From assembly GCA_017480195.1 (NCBI GenBank), contig JAFVBE010000011.1:5580-69579 (forward strand): DNA of 64,000 nt, written 5' to 3'. The notes beneath the pieces were generated by a model. The model made no database searches. It saw only the letters and a program-made list of their open reading frames with translations, and had not been told where the DNA came from. The DNA is from Lachnospiraceae bacterium (GTDB lineage: Bacteria > Bacillota > Clostridia > Lachnospirales > Lachnospiraceae). This document shows positions 10,358-18,002 of this stretch, piece after piece (the first letter of the stretch is position 1; each line of letters starts with the position of its first letter). A program made the position numbers and the translations under genes.

Positions 10358-10987
10358 CTATCGTACCTCTGATATGACAATCTGATCCACGGTACATCCA
10401 GTCTTTCTTACTACGATATCCTCAATCTGTGCCCTTTCCGTATCTGTAAGTCCCTCATTGGAAACAACTACATCCACTGAGCTGTCGCTTATTGATACAA
10501 TCGCATTGTTAAAGCCCTTTGCCATAAGCAAGGTCTCAGCATCAGCCTCCTTCTCCATATCCTCTGTAAGCTTCACATAAGCCTCCATAGCCTGCTGGAC
10601 ATTGGCCTGTTCAATACTGTCACCATTTATAATTTCCAGATAATACTCCTTACTCTTGGAACGAGCCTGCTCTCTGTTGAGCTTAATATTTACTATACTA
10701 TTGCTAACATCAGCCGAGGTAAGAATAGCCTCTCCTATATCCTCCTCACTCGAATTAAGCTCAATATTTTCTTCATTTTCAACATCATATAAGGTAAGCT
10801 CTCCATAAGCTGCATCTGCTACCTCACTGCTTAAATTCGTCTCTGCAAAGGCTGCCTCCGTCACCTCGTCCTCATTTTCCTTACTTAAATTAAGATTTCT
10901 TCCTGAGAAATTTATGTATCCTGCAACTCCAAGTAAGACCGTCAATGCTGCTATAATAATCTGATTTTTCTTAAAGGATTTTTTCAT
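10358..10987 (-). CDS. spoIIIAH: Stage III sporulation protein AH
   Basis: KKNQIIIAAL..VAGYINF, KLNREQARSK, AQIEDIVVRKTG; last gene of the spoIIIA operon. Confidence 0.92.
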   Translation of the reverse strand: MKKSFKKNQIIIAALTVLLGVAGYINFSGRNLNLSKENEDEVTEAAFAETNLSSEVADAAYGELTLYDVENEENIELNSSEEDIGEAILTSADVSNSIVNIKLNREQARSKSKEYYLEIINGDSIEQANVQQAMEAYVKLTEDMEKEADAETLLMAKGFNNAIVSISDSSVDVVVSNEGLTDTERAQIEDIVVRKTGCTVDQIVISEVR

Positions 10988-11004
10988 AATAATAAATCTA
11001 CCTC

Positions 11005-11478
11005 CTAATTCTTAATCATTACTGCTACCTTGTGAGCCGGTAAATCAAACAACGCACAGACAGCAAAGGAAATATCAGCGACAGCCGACGCATCGTTTAT
11101 ATCTGCGACAATCAATACTCCGTCTACACTCCTTTCATAATTATAAGAGCTGTCATATCTGTTCATATAGCTGTCATCTTTAATCTGCGTAAGAGAAACC
11201 ATAACCTCCATAGTTCCCTCACCATAAGATTTCTCCAGAATTTCCTTTAATCTGCTCTCATAATAATCTGCATAATTGTCATATTCCGCAATGTCAGCAC
11301 CTTCACTATATGAAGAAGTCTCGCTTGTGCTATCCGTGATACTACTATCATACACATTATTTTTTTTAACAGGCATAGCTATAATAAGAAGCAATATGCC
11401 AATAAGAATAAATGTGATTATATTGCCCGACTTTCCTTTGAATTTACCTAATAAAGAATCTAACCTCATTGCTCTCAC
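11005..11478 (-). CDS. spoIIIAG: Stage III sporulation protein AG (shortened)
   Basis: N-terminal TM, YESRLKEIL, EVMVSL, VDGVLIVA, ALFDLPAHKV; operon position. Confidence 0.82.
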   Translation of the reverse strand: MRAMRLDSLLGKFKGKSGNIITFILIGILLLIIAMPVKKNNVYDSSITDSTSETSSYSEGADIAEYDNYADYYESRLKEILEKSYGEGTMEVMVSLTQIKDDSYMNRYDSSYNYERSVDGVLIVADINDASAVADISFAVCALFDLPAHKVAVMIKN

Positions 11479-11951
11479 CGTCTTACTATATATATACTCC
11501 CAAAATCAATTTTATAGACATCATTAATCAAATTTTTTATAATATTTTCATCATAATCACCGTTTATATAAACCACACAGCTTAGTACATTTTTGTCGTT
11601 ATCCGTTATAACACTCACATCTCTTACATCGTATCCCTCATTCTCACATATGTATTTTACCGCCTCATTAAAACTAAGTTCATAATATGATACCTCTTCT
11701 CCGGCATAGCTATCTGTGCCATTATAAGAATTCACCATAAGAAACTCATCCACATTTCTCTCAAGCCTGTCAAGATAATCCTCTTTGTCTAATTTGAATA
11801 TATATATTATCGGTCGTGACAAGATTATGATCATAACAAGTCCCATAAAAAATGATATGTATCTGCTGTAATTTTTCTCCGGAACAAGCCTCATCACAAG
11901 CCCCGACAGAAGCAGATATATAATCAGGCTTTTCATCCAAGAAAAAAACAT
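11475..11951 (-). CDS. spoIIIAF: Stage III sporulation protein AF
   Basis: WMKSLIIY..LVPEKNYSRYISFFMGLVMIIILSRP; operon position. Confidence 0.85.
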   Translation of the reverse strand: MFFSWMKSLIIYLLLSGLVMRLVPEKNYSRYISFFMGLVMIIILSRPIIYIFKLDKEDYLDRLERNVDEFLMVNSYNGTDSYAGEEVSYYELSFNEAVKYICENEGYDVRDVSVITDNDKNVLSCVVYINGDYDENIIKNLINDVYKIDFGSIYIVRR

Positions 11952-11954
11952 ACT

Positions 11955-13274
11955 TTAACCACCTCCCGCATTTGTGGCAAATGCCATAATAGCTATTGTA
12001 AGCAGAAAAAGAGCTGCCGAACTAATAAGGCTTAAAGTCAGAAGCCTGATTCCCTGTGCCAGTCCCCAAACTCCCTCCACATAACGCTTCTCGCCTATAG
12101 GTTGAAGTAAAACTGCAGTCACACGGACTAAGAGCATTATAATAAGCGCCTTAAGCACAGGAGCAAGAAGAGCGATAGCAATGACCATAAGCCCCGCTAT
12201 GCCAATACTGTTCTTGACAATAATTCCCGCACCTAAGAAGGTTCCGGTAAGTACTGACATCATCGTTCCTGCAGGGATAGACGATATCACCTTATTTACT
12301 ACATTTTTTCCAAGCAGATCCATCTGGGGCTCTATAAGACTCTTTATAATGTTAAGGCCCGCTATGAAGAAAATTATCGTCTTAAGAAGCCAGTTGACTA
12401 TATTATCAATCAGCTTACACAGTTTGGAAAAATAATCCTCTTTAGACAGATTATTGACAAGCATTATAATCACATAAAATCTAATCATGGGTAGAATTAC
12501 ATTTAAAACCACATTCTGCACAAGCCAAATTCCTACCATAATCACTTCATACATGGCAGCCGATGACGCAGTATGCCCGATAAAATTAATTGCCAGTGCA
12601 TAAATGGGAATTATAATCTTGATAATCGTTATAAGTGCCTCAAGAGTCGAGCTTACCATATCAAGAGTAACCATAAATGAAGCAAGCATAATCGCTGTTA
12701 TTATAAGATAAGTTATGTAAAATCCATTCTCACTTATGAAGCCATTACCAAAGGAATTTGATAATTTAACAAATACCGAGCCAAGCAGGACTATGGATAT
12801 AAGCTGCAGCATAAGGTTTTTATTTGATGACAGTTCACCAAGCAGCACCTCCCTGATAATGCTTCTTATGTCATAGCTTACATTACCCTTATTCTCTATA
12901 ATATCCTTCACAATATCCTTGAAATCTACTGAGAGACTTATGTTATTTTTTTTCAGCTCCCTGTCTATGCTGTCTATATCAAGCTCATCAAAAATTTGGT
13001 CGTAGGTATCATCTCCGGATATGTAGCTCGGAGACTGTGAGACTGTGGAGTTCTGTGAGGGTGTCTCTGTGGAATTATCCTCGACTGTATTTTCTTCAAT
13101 CAAATCGTATTCAGAAAAAAAATGTCCCGTCAAATCAGTCTCTTGGAATATCATTTCAGCTTCTGAATTATCATAAATAAATCTGCATGTTAGAAGATTT
13201 TTGAAATTATATAAGCAAGTAGTATTAAACATACAAAGAATAATCATTATAGATATACTGCGCACCTGCATCAT
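11955..13274 (-). CDS. spoIIIAE: Stage III sporulation protein AE
   Basis: Polytopic membrane protein, IVKNSIGIAG, AVLLQPIG; operon position. Confidence 0.88.
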   Translation of the reverse strand: MMQVRSISIMIILCMFNTTCLYNFKNLLTCRFIYDNSEAEMIFQETDLTGHFFSEYDLIEENTVEDNSTETPSQNSTVSQSPSYISGDDTYDQIFDELDIDSIDRELKKNNISLSVDFKDIVKDIIENKGNVSYDIRSIIREVLLGELSSNKNLMLQLISIVLLGSVFVKLSNSFGNGFISENGFYITYLIITAIMLASFMVTLDMVSSTLEALITIIKIIIPIYALAINFIGHTASSAAMYEVIMVGIWLVQNVVLNVILPMIRFYVIIMLVNNLSKEDYFSKLCKLIDNIVNWLLKTIIFFIAGLNIIKSLIEPQMDLLGKNVVNKVISSIPAGTMMSVLTGTFLGAGIIVKNSIGIAGLMVIAIALLAPVLKALIIMLLVRVTAVLLQPIGEKRYVEGVWGLAQGIRLLTLSLISSAALFLLTIAIMAFATNAGGG

Positions 13275-13277
13275 ACA

Positions 13278-13664
13278 CTACCTCATCATATTAATAATGA
13301 TTTCAATTACCTGCTCTAATACAGGCAGCGACACCATAAGCATGGTAAGCTTACCCAGAAGCTCAATCTGAGAAGCTACAGCGCTGTACCCTGCGTCCTT
13401 GCTTATCCCCGATGCAAATTCACATATGTATGCAATACCGATTAATTTAAGAAGAATAAAGATATATGTCTTGTCTATATCAACATTTGAAGAAATGCTT
13501 TTAACCTTATTAATAATGACATTAAGCCTGTCCACACATACAGAAATAATAACCAGACAAAGTCCCACACTTATGATGCTGCTAATCTCAGGATTTCTCG
13601 ACTTTAAAGAAAGTGCAAGAATAATCGCAATTATAACAAGCGCCATCAGAATTCCGATACTCAT
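13278..13664 (-). CDS. spoIIIAD: Stage III sporulation protein AD
   Basis: LLKLIGIAYICEFASGISKDAGYSAVASQIELLGK. Confidence 0.94.
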   Translation of the reverse strand: MSIGILMALVIIAIILALSLKSRNPEISSIISVGLCLVIISVCVDRLNVIINKVKSISSNVDIDKTYIFILLKLIGIAYICEFASGISKDAGYSAVASQIELLGKLTMLMVSLPVLEQVIEIIINMMR

Positions 13665-13741
13665 ATCAGTTCATTCCTTTCACAAGATAAGTTTGATTAA
13701 CCTTAAGCCCATTAAGCAATTACATAAGCTTTTGCAAAACA

Positions 13742-13936
13742 TCAGAAGTTAAACAAATTATTAATATCAAGAAACAGCTGATATATGTACGGCACCAGCC
13801 ACGAGAGGACAATTATTAATCCTGCGAGACTGACTATATACGCCTGGTCGTCTCTGCCTGAATGCTTAAGCACCTGATTAAGCAGAGCAACCACGATGCC
13901 CACAGCGGCAATTTTAAATATAAGCTGAATAGTCAT
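13742..13936 (-). CDS. spoIIIAC: Stage III sporulation protein AC
   Basis: LIFKIAAVGIVVALLNQVLKHSGRDDQA. Confidence 0.95.
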   Translation of the reverse strand: MTIQLIFKIAAVGIVVALLNQVLKHSGRDDQAYIVSLAGLIIVLSWLVPYIYQLFLDINNLFNF

Positions 13937-13947
13937 TATAAAACTCC

Positions 13948-14547
13948 CTATACGAGCAGGACAACGATAAAGATTCCACTTACCATACCTGCTATGATTG
14001 AAATTCTGATTTTATCGGTCAGGTTTGCACTTATTTCATTTATCTTAGCATGCAGATTCTCCAGGAAAAGCTTAATCCCAATTTCCTGTGCTGTTATATC
14101 AAGATATCCTAATGTTTGTCCAAGAGTTTTAAGATAGTCAATATCTTCCTCATGTAAGAAAGAATTATCTTTTAAATAAATAAGTGAGCTATTCCATATC
14201 TCACAAAATTCATATGTATTGTCGTCAAAATCACAATCAATAAAATCTCTGAACCTTTCATTATCATCAATCAAACGACCTGCATCATCAAGTCTTTCTG
14301 ACAGGAACACAAGCCAGTCCGAAAATGGCTTATGACACCTTGCAGACGCACTTTTAAACGCCATACTAATGATAGAATGTCTGTATCTTATATCATTTTC
14401 TATGTGAATTACAATACGCTCTAACTCCTTCAGATTATCCAGTCTTTTTCTTAATCTGTAGGCGTAGCCTGCACCAACTGCACCACCGCCGGTAATTACA
14501 AATAATGCACCGGCTAATTTGCATACAAAAAGGATTGAAGTAATAAC
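13948..14547 (-). CDS. spoIIIAB: Stage III sporulation protein AB; start unresolved (no in-frame ATG/GTG/TTG before the conserved N-terminus)
   Basis: Open frame extends upstream of the ORF-track ATG (14364): ...CKLAGALFVITGGGAVGAGYAYRLRKRLDNLKELERIV..ENDIRY; C-terminal LGQTLGYLD..Q and TM helix. Confidence 0.8.
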   Translation of the reverse strand, partial: VITSILFVCKLAGALFVITGGGAVGAGYAYRLRKRLDNLKELERIVIHIENDIRYRHSIISMAFKSASARCHKPFSDWLVFLSERLDDAGRLIDDNERFRDFIDCDFDDNTYEFCEIWNSSLIYLKDNSFLHEEDIDYLKTLGQTLGYLDITAQEIGIKLFLENLHAKINEISANLTDKIRISIIAGMVSGIFIVVLLV

Positions 14548-15479
14548 TCATTACCCCTCTCATCAAATATATTCTCTATACTTCCTATGCCCTTGGAATT
14601 ACCTAAGACAATATAACGCTCAAAAGACTTCTCTTCGACCAGCTTTCTTAGGATAGGCTTATTCCTTATATCATCTATAGAATATCCATGTACAGTGGCA
14701 AGCAGCGTACAGCCACAATTAATAACATAGGATATCGCGTCGATGTCATAGCGACTTCCTATCTCATCTACAGCAATAACCTTAGGATTCATTGAGCGAA
14801 GCAGCATTAGCATCCCCTCTGCCTTAGGACAGGAATCCAGAATATCGGTGCGAATTCCAACATCATTCTGTGGAACTCCCATATAGCATGCTGCAATCTC
14901 CGAACGCTCGTCCACAACTCCGACATTCATGCCCCTGCAATAGCTGTTACCGTCGGATATGCACCTTACAATATCACGGAGGAGTGTCGTCTTACCACAT
15001 CCCGGAGGTGAGATAATAAGCGTATGAAGTACATGCCCATCGCGTATAATATATGGAAGCACCGTCGACGAGCAGCCCTTTACCTGATGCGCCATTCGGA
15101 TATTAATAAATGAAATATGCTTAATCCCCTTAACATTTTGATTATCCATCACAGCCTGTCCTATCATACCAACTCTGTGTCCGCCGCTGATTGTTATAAA
15201 TCCCTGTCGCAAATCATCCTCATACGCATATAATGAATAGCTCGACACCATATCTATGGTATAATTTATGTCCTCCTCCAAAACCTTATATGCGAACTTT
15301 TTGTTAGTCGTAAAACCCCTTCTCTCACTTAAAAAATATTCTCCGTCCGTAAAAACAAATATAACAGGCTCATTTATCCTAAGTCTTATCTCAATAAGCT
15401 TGCTAAAATCTATATTAACATCGCCAATCAGATGTCTGATGGACGGAGGTAAAATCTTAGTAATTACCTTTTTCACCAT
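14514..15479 (-). CDS. spoIIIAA: Stage III sporulation ATPase AA
   Basis: EIRLR, GGHRVG, SPPGCGKTTLLRD, VDERSEIA, DEIG. Confidence 0.96.
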   Translation of the reverse strand: MVKKVITKILPPSIRHLIGDVNIDFSKLIEIRLRINEPVIFVFTDGEYFLSERRGFTTNKKFAYKVLEEDINYTIDMVSSYSLYAYEDDLRQGFITISGGHRVGMIGQAVMDNQNVKGIKHISFINIRMAHQVKGCSSTVLPYIIRDGHVLHTLIISPPGCGKTTLLRDIVRCISDGNSYCRGMNVGVVDERSEIAACYMGVPQNDVGIRTDILDSCPKAEGMLMLLRSMNPKVIAVDEIGSRYDIDAISYVINCGCTLLATVHGYSIDDIRNKPILRKLVEEKSFERYIVLGNSKGIGSIENIFDERGNELLLQSFLYAN

Positions 15480-15500
15480 TTCAAACCTCCTTTTAAAATA

Positions 15501-15529
15501 AATATATGTATTAAATTAAAAAATATTAC
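15501..15529 (-). promoter_or_regulatory. Putative sigma-E promoter of the spoIIIA operon
   Basis: Minus strand GTAATA...CATATATT, resembling the sigma-E ATA/CATAcanT consensus, upstream of an AAAGGAGG RBS. Confidence 0.5.
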
Positions 15530-15552
15530 AAGGAAGTTCAGGCAAAAAATAG

Positions 15553-15581
15553 TTGAAAAAATATAGTATTTATATTAGAAT
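15553..15581 (+). promoter_or_regulatory. sigma-A promoter of efp
   Basis: TTGAAA-17 nt-TAGAAT. Confidence 0.6.
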
Positions 15582-15678
15582 GGTTTATATGTGATTTTTA
15601 GAAGCAGTAAAACTTACATAAACTGCGATAAAGCATACCGAATTAATAATCGGTATAAAAATTGTTAGGAGGAAAATT

Positions 15679-16236
15679 ATGGTATCAGCAGGAGATTTTA
15701 AGAATGGTATAACAATCGAATTAGAGGGTAATATCTACCAGATAATCGAATTCCAGCATGTAAAACCGGGTAAGGGAGCTGCGTTCGTAAGAACTAAGCT
15801 TAAGAATATAAAGAGTGGCGGTGTCGTTGAAAAGACCTTCCGACCTACAGAGAAGTTCGAGAATGCACATATCGATAGAAAGGATATGCAGTATTTATAT
15901 CAGGATGGCGATTTATTCTACTTTATGGATGGCGAAACCTACGACCAGATAGCAATCAACTCTGATGTAATTGGTGACGCATTAAAGTTTGTAAAGGAGA
16001 ATGAAACTTGTAAAATTGCTTCACACAATGGCTCAGTATTCGCAGTAGAGCCACCTATATCAGTAGACCTTCTTGTTACAGAATGCGAGCCGGGAGTCAA
16101 GGGCGATACAGCAACAGGCGCCACAAAGCCTTGTACAGTTGAGACAGGTGCTACTCTTAATGTACCACTCTTCATCAATCAGGGTGATATGATAAGAATT
16201 GATACAAGAACCGGTGAATATTCATCAAGAGCATAG
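15679..16236 (+). CDS. efp: Translation elongation factor P
   Basis: [33 protein letters not shown]; strong AGGAGG RBS. Confidence 0.98.
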   Translation: MVSAGDFKNGITIELEGNIYQIIEFQHVKPGKGAAFVRTKLKNIKSGGVVEKTFRPTEKFENAHIDRKDMQYLYQDGDLFYFMDGETYDQIAINSDVIGDALKFVKENETCKIASHNGSVFAVEPPISVDLLVTECEPGVKGDTATGATKPCTVETGATLNVPLFINQGDMIRIDTRTGEYSSRA

Positions 16237-16256
16237 AGAAAATATAATTATAAAAT

Positions 16257-16288
16257 TAAAATCGGCGGTCAAATGACCGCCGATTTTA
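16257..16288. terminator. Bidirectional intrinsic terminator between convergent efp and the peptidase gene
   Basis: Perfect inverted repeat taaaatcggcggtca / tgaccgccgatttta with A/T tails on both sides. Confidence 0.85.
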
Positions 16289-17449
16289 CTATATGCATCT
16301 CAATTCCTTTGGTGAATGTGCAAGGTTTTTATATCCATCCTCTGTAACAACCACAAGGTCTTCTATCCTTACACCGAACTCTCCCGGAATATATATACCC
16401 GGTTCAACAGTTACTGTGATGCCCGGTCTTAAAAAATCATCACATTTCGGAGATAGTCTTGGCTCCTCGTGAATATACAAGCCCACACTATGACCTAAAC
16501 CATGTCCAAAATATCCATCATATCCTGCATCCGCAATTATATCACGCGCGCACCTGTCTATATCAGAACACTTTGCTCCCGGCTTTATGAGCTTCATAGA
16601 CTCAAGCTGTGCCTTAAGTACAGTCTCATATACATGTCTTTTTTTGTCGGAAGGATTCTTGCCTATATATACGGTTCTCGTCATATCCGAGCAGTATCCA
16701 CAGTATACACAGCCAAAATCCATAGTAAGAAAATCCCCCTCCTCTAACCTTCGACTCGTAGGAACCGCATGAGGCAACGATGAGTTCTTGCCCGATGCTG
16801 CAATCGTATCAAAGCTAAGTCCTGATGCTCCATTTTTCCTCATATAATTTTCTAATTCAATGGCAATCTCTATCTCGGTCATACCCGGCTTTAGGACTTC
16901 AATAATATGTGTAAATGCCATATCTCCGATATGTTCTGCCATCGCTATCTTATCAAGCTCATCATCTTTTTTTATAACGCGAAGCTTGTCTATTCTCTCA
17001 TCTAATGGAACCAGCTTGATGCATGCGTCGAAATTTTCTTTATACGACATAAAAGTCTTATATGACACCTCTTCATTCTCAAAACCCACAGATATTTTAT
17101 CCACATGCTCTTCACCATCTATCCACATATTATCCACATTTAATTGTGGGCAATTAGTTTGCCCATAATCATCTGTCGAAGTTTTTTTTGAATGACAATC
17201 CTCTAAAATAATTTTATTAATAGTTTTAGCATATCCATCAAACTTAATATCCACACAGGAAAAATCCGGTGCCTCTAAAGTAACCTGCTCGGTATATCTT
17301 GAATCCGTTAAAATATATTTTCCTTTACGCGTAACAACCATACATCCCGTATGACCGCTATAACCTGACAGATAATGTACATTATATCCATCTGTTATAA
17401 TTAATGCTTCAAGTCTGTCATTATCCATAATTTCATATAATCTGTTCAT
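16289..17449 (-). CDS. Xaa-Pro aminopeptidase (M24B, YqhT/PepP-like)
   Basis: SLPHA, DFG..Y.SDMTRT, HGLGHSVGLYIHEEP, EPGIY, GVRIED. Confidence 0.94.
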   Translation of the reverse strand: MNRLYEIMDNDRLEALIITDGYNVHYLSGYSGHTGCMVVTRKGKYILTDSRYTEQVTLEAPDFSCVDIKFDGYAKTINKIILEDCHSKKTSTDDYGQTNCPQLNVDNMWIDGEEHVDKISVGFENEEVSYKTFMSYKENFDACIKLVPLDERIDKLRVIKKDDELDKIAMAEHIGDMAFTHIIEVLKPGMTEIEIAIELENYMRKNGASGLSFDTIAASGKNSSLPHAVPTSRRLEEGDFLTMDFGCVYCGYCSDMTRTVYIGKNPSDKKRHVYETVLKAQLESMKLIKPGAKCSDIDRCARDIIADAGYDGYFGHGLGHSVGLYIHEEPRLSPKCDDFLRPGITVTVEPGIYIPGEFGVRIEDLVVVTEDGYKNLAHSPKELRCI

Positions 17450-17471
17450 AATAATACCTCCAATATTTTAA

Positions 17472-17542
17472 AAGAGTTGACCATTACGGACAACTCTTAA
17501 AAATCTATTTACTATTATATCTCTTTTCTAAAAATCTGTTAA
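17472..17542 (-). promoter_or_regulatory. Putative sigma-A promoter and leader hairpin of the Xaa-Pro peptidase
   Basis: TTAACA-17-TATAAT (17542-17514), then hairpin aagagttg...caactctt plus T-run (17498-17472) just before the GGAGG RBS. Confidence 0.45.
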
Positions 17543-17909
17543 TATAATTACCTATAAAGCTCTATTGCTTTTTATCATTCATACAATATAATCCCTTCTT
17601 AATTAACATTTTGATAAAATACAAGTGTATTCAACAATTTTTCATAATAAGCATATCCTCAAGAAGCAAATATAATTCTACATCATCATTAAGACTAATA
17701 TCACTTGCTATTTTGAAAATTAGCAGCTTTCTGCACTATCTCAATTCCTTGATTCATATAATCCACCACATTACAAATACTATTCTATCTCGCCTATTGT
17801 CTCGATTAATTTTCTCGTCAACATGTCATATGAGACAGTGTGCAACAAAAACTTTGTTTATATTATTTCCATATTTGAAGTATATCACACAAAAAAAATA
17901 ATTCCAAGT

Positions 17910-17942
17910 AAAAATTAGAGGCGATGATTTTTCCTCGCCCCT
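17910..17942 (-). terminator. Terminator ending the pilus operon
   Basis: Minus strand aggggcgagga-aaaa-tcatcgcctct followed by aattttt, about 60 nt after the 2102-aa gene. Confidence 0.55.
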
Positions 17943-18002
17943 TAGGTTATGTCATGATTCTCACATCAAAACTATTATGTCACTGATATCATACTATCAT
18001 CG

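Noticed and set aside
17611-17901. 96-aa plus-strand ORF in the intergenic region
   Set aside because: TTG start without an RBS, low-complexity composition, no motif
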